Origin: a virus
Strand: one strand, 5' to 3'
DNA: 64,000 nucleotides
Virus record (IMG/VR): IMGVR_UViG_3300010354_004913
Location: 27,226 to 91,225 of that record
Shown piece after piece: positions 1 through 9,488 of the stretch (its first letter is position 1; every line of letters begins with the position of its first letter). The notes below the pieces were generated by a model, which was not told the origin of the DNA, did no database searches, and saw nothing but the letters and a program-made list of their open reading frames with translations. The position numbers and the translations under genes are program-made.

Positions 1-387
1 ATCTCCTTCTAATAGCCATTCTTTTTCATTATCTTCTACATCCCAATGATAAGGCACTAGTCGACCTGGCCATAATTCACTGACAAAAACTCTTCGAGGA
101 ATAGCATTTACTATTTTAGAAAATATATTTTGTACATTAATATCAAAATGAGTTCCTGGATAATAATCATACCATTCAATTTTTTCGAGCTCATAACCAG
201 CCTTATCCCATAACTGTATTACTTCTCTGTATGATCCTAGTAATTCGGGATTGTCCTTCCAACTTCCTTCTGATCTGTCAACAACAGTTTTCACAGAGTT
301 AAAATCGCCATCGTTCCTTGATTTACATATATCAATAATAGAATCCCAGTTGATTAAACCTTCAGTAGATCCTACAAATTTAGCCAT
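1..387 (-). CDS. 2OG-Fe(II) oxygenase / aspartyl beta-hydroxylase-like protein (runs off the left edge)
   Basis: Not in the ORF track; hand translation from ATG 387 gives MAKFVGSTEG...FVSEIMPGRLVPYHWDVED, with an HxD motif after 'PG'; start overlaps the stop of the upstream ORF. Confidence 0.6.
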   Translation of the reverse strand, partial: MAKFVGSTEGLINWDSIIDICKSRNDGDFNSVKTVVDRSEGSWKDNPELLGSYREVIQLWDKAGYELEKIEWYDYYPGTHFDINVQNIFSKIVNAIPRRVFVSELWPGRLVPYHWDVEDNEKEWLLEGD

Positions 388-1057
388 TAAATATTTCCTT
401 GTATATGTAATTCATGTTTTGATATCCCCACAAAACATGAGTACTTAGACTACGCTTAAACATTATTTCTAAATTTATTAGACCAGTATTCGCAGTTCCA
501 GTTTCCTCAATTCTAAATTTAGCAGTTTCATGTATAATACCTTGCATATATTTTTCTTCAACGAACGGATCATTAACTTTAACACATCCATACCAATCAA
601 TAGATCGCATGTTATTACTATCATCGATGTAATGACAATGCGGATACATAGTTAATTTATAAACACCTTCTTGATATTGATCTATCATAATATCTTTAAT
701 TTGTTTGCGCCATTGATCTTCGGGCCATGGTCTTCCACTGTATATGACTTGATTACAGCTTTCATTATACCATTTAAGATAAATCTTTTTATTTGTATAA
801 TCAACATCTATAATTTCAGGAGCATATAATTTATTTTTAAAATACTCAATCCACTTTAGTTCATTGTCCCAGAACCAATCTACCACTTCTTTAGTATAAA
901 GCGGACGATCATTATTATCCAAATATTGGTAATCGTTAGGAAAACTATAATTTTTACAAAATGTTTTTCCGTCCTCACTTACTAACGGTTCATAAGTTTG
1001 CTGAGACATACAGGCAAGTCCAGTATGGTCAAGTTTAAAGTATGGATTCCATTTCAT
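380..1057 (-). CDS. Atypical protein-kinase-like fold protein
   Basis: 'NELKW...YAPEIIDVD..KKIYLKW' resembles an APH/RIO N-lobe; 'IDWYG' sits at the DFG position; catalytic loop is non-canonical. Confidence 0.45.
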   Translation of the reverse strand: MKWNPYFKLDHTGLACMSQQTYEPLVSEDGKTFCKNYSFPNDYQYLDNNDRPLYTKEVVDWFWDNELKWIEYFKNKLYAPEIIDVDYTNKKIYLKWYNESCNQVIYSGRPWPEDQWRKQIKDIMIDQYQEGVYKLTMYPHCHYIDDSNNMRSIDWYGCVKVNDPFVEEKYMQGIIHETAKFRIEETGTANTGLINLEIMFKRSLSTHVLWGYQNMNYIYKEIFNG

Positions 1058-1704
1058 TCTATTACTATTTTAAAATCACTATTTTTGTTTAATGTATTTA
1101 ATTCTGATTCTACAACTTTAAAAGACACTGAATTTTCTTTAATCATAAAATCTTTCATTAGACCTTTTTTGTTAATAAAGTTTAACCAAGGACTAATAAC
1201 ATTATCAAATCTATAACGAAAATCGTAAAGCTCTTTGTTAGGTGATATTGTTACTTTTACTAAAGAAGTAATTGGTGTATTAATCAATAATTTTCTAACA
1301 ACTAGTTGTAATCTATTAATTGATCCAAAATTTGCCGCAACATGTATTCGGCCAGCATCCATTTCATACCAATAACCGTCAGTTTCTAATAAAAACATTT
1401 GTTTATTAGAAAGATCAATCAAGTAACCTTCTTGACTTTGAATAGTGTAATGCCAACGATCGTCTATATCGGCATGTGCCATATAAGTGGTTCCTGGTTC
1501 TAAATTAATTAATCTTGCTTCACCTACTGGTCTTGGCAGTGCTGCTAATACTCGATCCAATATTGTGTTTTCAAACTCAGGTTTAATAACCCAAGGATCA
1601 TAAAAAAAGTTTCCAGTCGGCTGATTTACAGTAGTTTTTAGCAATGAAAAACTGCTGTCCAAATTAATAGGAGCATCGAATCTGTGTTCAGTTTTTGTTA
1701 ACAT
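1054..1704 (-). CDS. Aspartyl/asparaginyl beta-hydroxylase-family 2OG-Fe(II) oxygenase
   Basis: 'ARLINLEPG..YMAHADID.RWH' (HxD) and 'MDAGRIHVAANFGSINRLQLVV' (distal His and Arg); alternative start at 1707. Confidence 0.7.
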   Translation of the reverse strand: MLTKTEHRFDAPINLDSSFSLLKTTVNQPTGNFFYDPWVIKPEFENTILDRVLAALPRPVGEARLINLEPGTTYMAHADIDDRWHYTIQSQEGYLIDLSNKQMFLLETDGYWYEMDAGRIHVAANFGSINRLQLVVRKLLINTPITSLVKVTISPNKELYDFRYRFDNVISPWLNFINKKGLMKDFMIKENSVSFKVVESELNTLNKNSDFKIVIE

Positions 1705-1708
1705 CATG

Positions 1709-1725
1709 TATTTACTGTATAAGTA
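1709..1725. promoter_or_regulatory. Back-to-back T4-late-like promoters (TAAATA on -, TATAAGTA on +)
   Basis: TAAATA (1709-1714, -) is 4 nt before ATG 1704; TATAAGTA (1718-1725, +) is 5 nt before ATG 1731. Confidence 0.6.
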
Positions 1726-1730
1726 TTTTG

Positions 1731-2411
1731 ATGGAATTATATCTGAAGCCAGAATGGAAACGTATTGGGATCAGCATCAGCGGTGGTGCTGACAGTGCGC
1801 TTTTGGCATTTTTAGTTTGCTCAAACAGCGATGCTGAGATACATTTCACTAATCAAATTAGATTATGGAGAACTAGACCATGGCAAGAACATGTAGCCAA
1901 TCAAGTAATGGATTGGTTTCAAAATAATTTTACAAACAACTTTTACGTTCATAGAAACCTTATACCTCCAGAATTAGAATGGGCTAATAAAGGTCCTACT
2001 ATAATTGATGAATATGGCAAACTAAAAAGTGGCAATCAAATAATACTAAGATCTCATAATCAATATATTGCTAACAAATATAAATTAGATGCGTTATATG
2101 GTGGGATAACAAGAAATCCTGATGTTGAGATATCTGGTTCTCTTAGAGATAGAGACGAGGGACACATTCCTCCGTACTTTATACATGACGGTGTACATAT
2201 TTGTCATCCATTTGTATACACTAGAAAAGATTGGATAATTCAGCAGTACTACAAAAATAATATCACTGATCTATTAGAACTCACACGTAGTTGCGAAGGA
2301 GAGTTTGAAGGCATTGATTATAAAACATACGAACCAGGACAATTTGTTCCCACATGCGGTAAATGTTTCTGGTGTAAAGAACGAGAGTGGGCAATTGAAC
2401 ACACAAAGTAA
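1731..2411 (+). CDS. QueC-like PP-loop ATPase (7-cyano-7-deazaguanine synthase-like)
   Basis: SGGADS PP-loop; C-terminal TRSC...CGKCFWCKER Zn motif as in QueC. Confidence 0.7.
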   Translation: MELYLKPEWKRIGISISGGADSALLAFLVCSNSDAEIHFTNQIRLWRTRPWQEHVANQVMDWFQNNFTNNFYVHRNLIPPELEWANKGPTIIDEYGKLKSGNQIILRSHNQYIANKYKLDALYGGITRNPDVEISGSLRDRDEGHIPPYFIHDGVHICHPFVYTRKDWIIQQYYKNNITDLLELTRSCEGEFEGIDYKTYEPGQFVPTCGKCFWCKEREWAIEHTK

Positions 2412-3651
2412 AACATTCTGTATGCACCCTTTTACAGGGTTAGCAACTAGAGAGGATGGCGCAATTAAAATTTGCTGCCGCAGTCAACCTATTAGTTGGA
2501 TTCAAAAAGAAAGTTTAGAACAGGCATGGAACAACGAAACCATTCAGCTAGTTAGAAAACAAGTATTAAACAATGAAAGACCGGAAGTTTGTAAACCTTG
2601 TTTTGATTTAGAAGATCAAGGGGTAGAAAGCCTAAGACAGCGACATATCAACGGCGTTATTCCAGAAGCACGTATTAACCTATATCCCGATACACCTCTT
2701 CAAGAAGTTATGCCTTTTGAATTTCCTACAATGGAAATTAAATTAAACAATTTGTGTAATTTAAAATGTAGAATGTGTAATCCTTTAGATAGTACAAGTT
2801 GGCAAGATTGGAAAGAGGTAGAATCGTTTTACGAAAAAGAAAATAATTACCTTGTACCAACAATTAGGCAACTGACAAAAACTCCTGGGCAATACATAGG
2901 ACCTTTTGACGATACTGAAAATTGGTGGGCAAGCTTTGAAAAACTATTACCATATTTCAGGCGTGTTGAGTTTGCAGGAGGTGAACCCCTCATGGATCCT
3001 CAACACTATAAAATACTTGATATGCTAAAACCTTACGGAAAGAATATAGAAATCAAGTATGCTACTAACGCAACAACATTGGGGATTAAAGGTGGAAGAA
3101 CTATTCACGATTATTGGCCTTACTTTAAATCGGTCGCTGTTAATGTCAGCATTGACGGCATTCATGATGTTTACAATTACATTCGCGGCAACAGCGACTT
3201 TGCTGAAGTTGAGCGTAATATTAAAGAAATACAAACTATTCCAAACGTCTCGAGAATAGTAGGTGCTTTTACTGCACAGGCAGGAAACATATTACAAGCA
3301 GCTGAATGTATTGATTACTTTATTAACGAAATGAATATTGTATTTTACAGTCATAGAGTAAGCTATCCAAACTGTCTAAGTGCTCAAGTATTACCGCAAG
3401 AATTAAAAGAGCTGGCTGTACAACGTTTAGAATCTGTCAAACAAAAATTGTTTACTTTTAATAATATACAAAAGTATCCGTTATTAGAAAAAATAACCTT
3501 ACAACAAATTAGAGATAATATTAATTATCTCCAGGCTAAAGATCAACACCATCTATGGGCAGACTTTATTGAATTTAATAAAAGACTAGATGCTACTAGA
3601 CATCAAGGTCCTTTAGAAAAAATTATTCCAGAATTTGCTCTCTATGTTTGA
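2395..3651 (+). CDS. Radical SAM protein with N-terminal Twitch/SPASM-like Cys domain
   Basis: CNLKCRMC, FAGGEP, TN, VSIDG; N-terminal FCMHPF..G.IKICC...CKPC; start (TTG 2395) uncertain. Confidence 0.88.
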   Translation: MNTQSKTFCMHPFTGLATREDGAIKICCRSQPISWIQKESLEQAWNNETIQLVRKQVLNNERPEVCKPCFDLEDQGVESLRQRHINGVIPEARINLYPDTPLQEVMPFEFPTMEIKLNNLCNLKCRMCNPLDSTSWQDWKEVESFYEKENNYLVPTIRQLTKTPGQYIGPFDDTENWWASFEKLLPYFRRVEFAGGEPLMDPQHYKILDMLKPYGKNIEIKYATNATTLGIKGGRTIHDYWPYFKSVAVNVSIDGIHDVYNYIRGNSDFAEVERNIKEIQTIPNVSRIVGAFTAQAGNILQAAECIDYFINEMNIVFYSHRVSYPNCLSAQVLPQELKELAVQRLESVKQKLFTFNNIQKYPLLEKITLQQIRDNINYLQAKDQHHLWADFIEFNKRLDATRHQGPLEKIIPEFALYV

Positions 3652-4459
3652 ACTAGTTCTAACTAATGGCAAAGAAGATCTTAGCTTATTTTTTAAACTA
3701 AGAAATACTAAAGTTGCTCACAAATGGTATCTTGAGCTTTGTAAAAACTATGAATTGTTTGAAACAGATAGATTAGACCATTGGGGTACAAACAAAGATA
3801 CATATATTAACGAACTTAACAAACAAATTGACATAATCAACCATTATCAGTATACTGTTGATCGGCGTGTTGGTTCAGATATTACACAGCAGGATCTAAA
3901 TTATCTACATAAATTTTTTGAAGATTTGCGAGGAGAAGTAACTGAAGGAACAGCATGGTATAATAGTGCTCCTGAACATGTACAAGTTGCTGTAATGCGT
4001 TTCAATGTATTGATTCATCAGTTAGAGTTTTCAATGCGAGTAAAAAAGTTACATCCAACAGTTGTGGTCACATTTAAAGACCGACCTCGATATGAACTAG
4101 ATGAAGAAGATATTAAACATTTTACTTACAAATGGAAACGAGACACAATCTATATTAATTACTGCCATGTTGGCAAGACTGTATTAGACGCATTTAACGA
4201 CGACGATAATCTAGTTGAAGCTATTCGTCCACAAACACATTACAGCGCCGACTTTATGATTAAGTTTGGTCCAAGTAGTAATCCACTTTTACACAAATTA
4301 AGAGAAATAATGATTAATCGCTGGATTAAAACAAAACAACTCAAATTTGATAATCTAAATTTGGGAATGATACCTGTAGCAGATTTGGTTAACAAAGTAG
4401 ATTTTGAAACTCTATTCAAATTCAATCAAGTCAAAGCTGTCAATTGCTTAACCAAATAA
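3644..4459 (+). CDS. Hypothetical protein coupled to the radical SAM gene
   Basis: 271-aa ORF overlapping the upstream stop; His/Glu motifs LNYLHKFFE and NVLIHQLE. Confidence 0.6.
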   Translation: MFELVLTNGKEDLSLFFKLRNTKVAHKWYLELCKNYELFETDRLDHWGTNKDTYINELNKQIDIINHYQYTVDRRVGSDITQQDLNYLHKFFEDLRGEVTEGTAWYNSAPEHVQVAVMRFNVLIHQLEFSMRVKKLHPTVVVTFKDRPRYELDEEDIKHFTYKWKRDTIYINYCHVGKTVLDAFNDDDNLVEAIRPQTHYSADFMIKFGPSSNPLLHKLREIMINRWIKTKQLKFDNLNLGMIPVADLVNKVDFETLFKFNQVKAVNCLTK

Positions 4460-4460
4460 A

Positions 4461-4489
4461 TTGACTTTTCTATCTAATGGCAGTAAACT
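4461..4489 (+). promoter_or_regulatory. sigma70-type promoter
   Basis: TTGACT-N17-TAAACT upstream of the lipoprotein cassette. Confidence 0.6.
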
Positions 4490-4522
4490 TGTAACTGTTA
4501 TCAACCACACACAGAGGCTTTC

Positions 4523-4651
4523 ATGATTAAATTTTTAGCAGGCACAATCTTTGGCATTGTAATATCAACAATTGGATTGTCTGGTCTTTTCTCTATGGGA
4601 GATAAGATGGTTGACAAATCTAAGGACGCTATTAAGGAGATGTCAAAATGA
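4523..4651 (+). CDS. Small membrane protein (42 aa)
   Basis: Hand translation MIKFLAGTIFGIVISTIGLSGLFSMGDK...; GAGG RBS; ATGA overlap with the next gene. Confidence 0.6.
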   Translation: MIKFLAGTIFGIVISTIGLSGLFSMGDKMVDKSKDAIKEMSK

Positions 4652-5280
4652 AACGCTTTATTCTTATTCCTATCGTGTTGGCACTAGCCGCTTGCTCTAC
4701 TACCAAACGAGGTGAAGGGGAGTTTGATCAAATTCGAAATCAAAAACTTAGTACAAGTTTCAAAAAAGATACTATTCGAATTGAAACTGATTGTGCTTGG
4801 TATAAACCTTGGAAAAGCGACTGCGATATTGTTGCTATCGAAGTAACTGCTACCGCAGCCACTAACGGAAATTCTGAAAATAATCTACGCACAGCATTGA
4901 CACGAGCTCAAATGACTGCGGTGGCCAATGTTCGTCACTTCATTCAAGAAGAAGTTAAAAGCGAACGAGTAAAAACTACCATTGCGAAGAACGTAGAAAA
5001 GGCCAGCGATCGTATGAAGAGCCGAACTACTGTAGGCGAAGCTGTGACTATGAGTGACAGCGATGCTGAAAAGGACACTAATTTTAGTGTTCGGGAAAAC
5101 AGTAACGATACTGCCTATCAGCTCACCGAAACTATTCGCACCAATGCTCAAGGTATTATGCGAGGATTTAAAGTTGTAAAACAAGAAGTATCAGGACCTC
5201 AGCAGGTTTCCGTGACTATGCGTTGGGACAAAGACAGCGATCGAGCTGCTTCAGTTCTACGTAAAAAGTTCGGCGGTTAA
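4648..5280 (+). CDS. Lipoprotein, LPP20-like
   Basis: Lipobox LAAC after a hydrophobic signal; 'ALTRAQMTA.AN...' and 'IRTNAQGIMRGFKVV' resemble LPP20. Confidence 0.6.
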   Translation: MKRFILIPIVLALAACSTTKRGEGEFDQIRNQKLSTSFKKDTIRIETDCAWYKPWKSDCDIVAIEVTATAATNGNSENNLRTALTRAQMTAVANVRHFIQEEVKSERVKTTIAKNVEKASDRMKSRTTVGEAVTMSDSDAEKDTNFSVRENSNDTAYQLTETIRTNAQGIMRGFKVVKQEVSGPQQVSVTMRWDKDSDRAASVLRKKFGG

Positions 5281-5281
5281 A

Positions 5282-6214
5282 ATGTTTTGGAGCCTTGCCT
5301 TCTGTATTCTTCTTCAAACTTGTATTCCGCCCCCGGCTCCAATTCGTGTAGTTGGCGTCGGGGACTCTGCTGAACAAGCTAGGGATGCTGCCTATAGAGA
5401 AGCTATGGAAACCTATATGGGTTCTGTTGTAGTCAGTGACAAGGAAATGCGAGATTATCAATTAGTCAAAGACTCTGTTATGGTCTATAGCAGTGCCTAT
5501 GTAGACAAAATGAGAGTGATTAGTGAGACTAAACAGGGAAACAAATTTCGAATAGAAATGGACATTTGGATAAGTTCTAGCAAGATAGCTAACAGAATTT
5601 TAACAATCTATCCTAAAGATCAGAACATCGATAGTGCTAGGATCAGCGAACAGTTTAGAACTTATGCTAGTTCAAAGCAAAAAGGTGATAAACTATTAGA
5701 AAATGTACTAGAAATTTTTCCTTCAAATGCCTTTTACATTTCTAATTTACCTATTGAATTTAAAATTGATACGTCAAGAGTACCTTATCTAAGAATTCCT
5801 TATACAGTAAATTGGAATAAGAATTATTTTATAGCGTTAGAAGAAACTGTAAAAGTAATTAGTGACGGAAAGGCTGCTAAAAACAATCCGGCCGCATCTG
5901 TAGTATTTGGCAGTGGTAGTTCTTGGTTTTTACAGCCTTACTTTTTCAACGATGTTGTTGCTGTTAGGATGATGTACAGCAAGTTTGAAGATAAAAAACC
6001 TGCAGTTCGACTTAATGTAGTAAACGGAAATAGTGTTGTATATACCACTTGCCAAAAACTCAATACTAGTTTTCATAGTTCCGGATACGGCACAATAGAT
6101 TTGCTTGGTAATAAAGTTTATCAAGGAGAATTTAATATTCGTTTACCTGCTAACTTGCCTGCTAACGTTAAAACTCAACTTTCTATCGAAACTGAAAATA
6201 ACTGCGCTGTTTGA
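5282..6214 (+). CDS. Exported/lipoprotein with LPP20/FlgT-N-like domain
   Basis: Signal-like N-terminus ending LQTC; 'VVGVGDSAEQARDAAYREAMETYMGSVVVSD'. Confidence 0.5.
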   Translation: MFWSLAFCILLQTCIPPPAPIRVVGVGDSAEQARDAAYREAMETYMGSVVVSDKEMRDYQLVKDSVMVYSSAYVDKMRVISETKQGNKFRIEMDIWISSSKIANRILTIYPKDQNIDSARISEQFRTYASSKQKGDKLLENVLEIFPSNAFYISNLPIEFKIDTSRVPYLRIPYTVNWNKNYFIALEETVKVISDGKAAKNNPAASVVFGSGSSWFLQPYFFNDVVAVRMMYSKFEDKKPAVRLNVVNGNSVVYTTCQKLNTSFHSSGYGTIDLLGNKVYQGEFNIRLPANLPANVKTQLSIETENNCAV

Positions 6215-6220
6215 TAAGTA
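6213..6220 (+). promoter_or_regulatory. Late-type promoter GATAAGTA, leaderless to ATG 6225
   Basis: GATAAGTA-CTTC-ATG, no Shine-Dalgarno. Confidence 0.55.
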
Positions 6221-6224
6221 CTTC

Positions 6225-7106
6225 ATGTTTAAAGTAACCAGCCGATGGGGACATCAATCTAGTATCAAAATAGAATGGAACCTTGGAAAGCGGTGTAATT
6301 ACAACTGTTCTTATTGCCCTAGTTCCATCCACGATAATACCAGCTCCCATACTCCCATTAATACACTATTGTCAGTAATTGATAAACTGGCAAACTTAAA
6401 TAAACCTATACGAATTAGCTTCACTGGGGGAGAACCCTGCGTACATCCAGAGTTCGATACATTACTACGATATGCTAAACACAAAGATATTCAGTGGATT
6501 AGTGTAACTACAAACGGAACTCGGCCGCCAGAATACTATCATTCTTTAACAGTTGATCAAATTGTATTCAGTATTCATTTTGAATACGATTGGAAGCGTG
6601 TAGTTAATACAATTATGGAAACAGCTACGCACAAGAATGTCATAGGCCAAATTATGGCTCATCATGATTACATGGATGACGTAAAGATTGTTAGAGATGT
6701 ATTAAATCACGACGGTGTTCCTAACACAGTAAGACGTATAAGATGGACTGAAGGAGATCACGATCTTTTCGATGATCTAAGATATCATCCTGATGACCTA
6801 AACTGGATTAAAGACCAAGAATCAACAGTTAAGGGTAACTGTATTATCGACGATGATCAAATTATTCATAGTAATGATGTTATTAAACTTCATCTTAATC
6901 AATATAAAGACTGGCATTGTTATGCCGGTTTAGAAAGTTTGATGATTAATTGGGATGGAGAAGTACATCGTGCTACATGTCGAGTAGGCGGCAGTCTTGG
7001 TAACATTTACCAAGGCACATTTATAATGCCCACCGAACCTATTATTTGTACTAGAAATTGGTGTACTTGCTCGGCAGATATTCCTATAACTAAACATTCC
7101 ATTTAG
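6225..7106 (+). CDS. Radical SAM protein with C-terminal Twitch domain
   Basis: CNYNCSYC, FTGGEP, TTNG; C-terminal CYAG..INWDG...C...CTRNWCTC. Confidence 0.9.
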   Translation: MFKVTSRWGHQSSIKIEWNLGKRCNYNCSYCPSSIHDNTSSHTPINTLLSVIDKLANLNKPIRISFTGGEPCVHPEFDTLLRYAKHKDIQWISVTTNGTRPPEYYHSLTVDQIVFSIHFEYDWKRVVNTIMETATHKNVIGQIMAHHDYMDDVKIVRDVLNHDGVPNTVRRIRWTEGDHDLFDDLRYHPDDLNWIKDQESTVKGNCIIDDDQIIHSNDVIKLHLNQYKDWHCYAGLESLMINWDGEVHRATCRVGGSLGNIYQGTFIMPTEPIICTRNWCTCSADIPITKHSI

Positions 7107-8073
7107 TTATGTGTGTATCGGGTTGGCAACTACAATGATATAATTTACAAACTATAGACTCTGGTTGGATATTAGTATCAAAGTTTTCATCACATACATT
7201 TAATATCTTGCCTCCAAACGGATCTTGTCTACAAGACGCTGCTAACACCCGGCCGGAAGGATCTATACTTATACTCTCAAATCCAGCATTACAGGTCCAG
7301 CCTTGAAATTTATTCCAGCCATTGGTCAGTATTGAATGTGGTCGTGCGGCAACTGCTGAATTATTATCAAACAGTACAACACTTTCGTGAATTTTCATAT
7401 CATTTAATCTTTTAAATATCCAATCACTGTTTGGTATTCTTTTTATACTGTCATTAACATATTGAAACTGTTCAGGAGTGTAAACATCCATACCGTGACC
7501 AGGGGCGTCAATGATTTCTTTTGTTTGTATAAACCACGAATGTTTACTGGCTTTCATTAGATCGATGTAGCTAACACACTTATCCCAGTGTTTAGCATCC
7601 ATTAACATCAATGCTGTGACTTTTAAACCTGATTCAAATAATAAGTCTGCTACATTAATATAGTGATGTATATCTACAAATTCATGATGGCAACTAAGAA
7701 CTACATCATCAAAGCATTTGTAATGTTCTTCCCACCATCTCATTGTCCTTGAACCGTTAGTAGTTAATGAAATATAACAATCGTGTGTTTTTTTAATTTC
7801 TTCGCAGAATTTTTCTAGGCCTGGCCATACTGTAGGTTCGCCACCGCCTGTTATCATAACATGAAATTTTTCTTTTTTAGCAATCTTTTTATACGTGTCA
7901 AATAAAATTCTAAAATTTTTAATAATTAAATCAGTATTTTTTGGGTATCGATATCGTTCAATATGAGATCCAGGAAAACAATATGTACAATTAAAATTAC
8001 AAACATCTGTGGGGAAAAAAGAAACCCTCAAATATTCTGGTTCTTGTGTAGAAATGACTTTGATAGGTATCAT
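7090..8073 (-). CDS. Radical SAM protein with C-terminal Twitch domain
   Basis: CNFNCTYC, GGGEP, TTNG; CNAG..IDPSG..SC...CKLYHCSC. Confidence 0.9.
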   Translation of the reverse strand: MIPIKVISTQEPEYLRVSFFPTDVCNFNCTYCFPGSHIERYRYPKNTDLIIKNFRILFDTYKKIAKKEKFHVMITGGGEPTVWPGLEKFCEEIKKTHDCYISLTTNGSRTMRWWEEHYKCFDDVVLSCHHEFVDIHHYINVADLLFESGLKVTALMLMDAKHWDKCVSYIDLMKASKHSWFIQTKEIIDAPGHGMDVYTPEQFQYVNDSIKRIPNSDWIFKRLNDMKIHESVVLFDNNSAVAARPHSILTNGWNKFQGWTCNAGFESISIDPSGRVLAASCRQDPFGGKILNVCDENFDTNIQPESIVCKLYHCSCQPDTHITKWNV

Positions 8074-9488
8074 GATAAATGGGATAATTCTGGAAATATT
8101 TCTTTAAAATTTAGCTTACGTTCAACATCCATGATATTTATATACTCTTTAAACGCTGATAAAAGGTGAGTATGATCTTCACTGTCCATAAAATCTAATA
8201 CTGCTTGCCAGCGTTTCCATCCGTAGGGATTTTCTTTCCAATAGTCGGCATCTTGTCTATAGTTTGTATGTAGCCATGTGGCAAGTTCTCCAAACAACTT
8301 ACGCACTTCTTCTTTGTCTTTCTGCGGAAGACATCTTATACTTAAGAAAGTAGGAATATACAATAGATGCATATTAAAAATACCGCCACCGGCTTGTATA
8401 CCACCTGTTACATTTTCAAAGTTAATTTTCTTAAAATTTTGTTTTATCTTCCAGCGAGCAAAATCTGGTAAATGTTTGATGTTTAATATCTGTATTGCGG
8501 TAGCAATACTAACTTGTATGTTGCTTGGAGTGTTATCTAACCTATGTAAATTCTTTTCTATAGTAGTCCAGTCACTAGGGTAACGAATATAATAATTTCT
8601 TAAATCAGTAGCATCTATACTAAATCCTACTTTTACTTTTTTAAATTTAGTCCATAGATCAATAATTTCTTCGTCGAGCAATAAGCCATTAGTATTATAT
8701 CTAACAAGTATTTTATCAGCATAACCTTGACGGATAATTTCTTCTAAGAACCATTTATGTTCTCTTATCATTAGCGGTTCACCACCTGCAAAATATACCT
8801 GTTTTAAATTAGGAATCTGAGCATACATTTCTTTCCAGAAGTCTGGATTTTCATGCCAAAAATTATTAAATGTTTCCCGATCCCATTGCATTTGTTCTTT
8901 TAATTCTTTAGACTGATATAATGGGTACATTTTTTTATGATCTGCTACCCATTGGCTACTGTCATGCGGAGAGCACATTACACATTTAAGATTACAAGTA
9001 TGTCCTAATCGTAGATCTAGATATACTAATTTTTCTGGTATAGATCCGTCTTCATTAGTTTGTGATATCAATTCTGGAATGTCGATACCTTCTTCCATCC
9101 AAGATCCAGTTTCCCAAACACGTTTACTAGCAACACCATTACTTTCTTCTTGAAAACATTTAGAACAACTATTAGGAATATTTCCTTCTAACATGATCTT
9201 TCTTACAGATTTCATGTAATCGTTGTTCCAGGCACTCATAGGAGTTTCTCTACCAAAGTTAGCCGGTATACCGTTCTCATTTTTAACTAGACCAACTGTA
9301 TGGTCATTGCCAGCTCCACTAGCATTTGCAGAACAACAAAGGCGCATATCTCCGTTTGGTCTAGTAGCAAAATGTATCCAGGGAAGAACACAAAATGTTT
9401 TACTACCGCTGGCATTTGCTATTTTATTCTGCCAAAGTCCTAACTTTGTAGTCTCAGACTGCATCCAATAAACTTCAGTTTCATCCAT
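8070..9488 (-). CDS. Radical SAM protein with N-terminal Twitch/SPASM-like Cys domain
   Basis: FCVLPW..NGDMRLCC...CSKC followed by CNLKCVMC, FAGGEP, NTNG; paralog of 2395-3651. Confidence 0.9.
   Translation of the reverse strand: MDETEVYWMQSETTKLGLWQNKIANASGSKTFCVLPWIHFATRPNGDMRLCCSANASGAGNDHTVGLVKNENGIPANFGRETPMSAWNNDYMKSVRKIMLEGNIPNSCSKCFQEESNGVASKRVWETGSWMEEGIDIPELISQTNEDGSIPEKLVYLDLRLGHTCNLKCVMCSPHDSSQWVADHKKMYPLYQSKELKEQMQWDRETFNNFWHENPDFWKEMYAQIPNLKQVYFAGGEPLMIREHKWFLEEIIRQGYADKILVRYNTNGLLLDEEIIDLWTKFKKVKVGFSIDATDLRNYYIRYPSDWTTIEKNLHRLDNTPSNIQVSIATAIQILNIKHLPDFARWKIKQNFKKINFENVTGGIQAGGGIFNMHLLYIPTFLSIRCLPQKDKEEVRKLFGELATWLHTNYRQDADYWKENPYGWKRWQAVLDFMDSEDHTHLLSAFKEYINIMDVERKLNFKEIFPELSHLS

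Noticed and set aside
6225-7106. Calling this or another radical SAM gene queE, nrdG or moaA
   Set aside because: Auxiliary Cys domains and lack of family-specific motifs do not support a specific assignment
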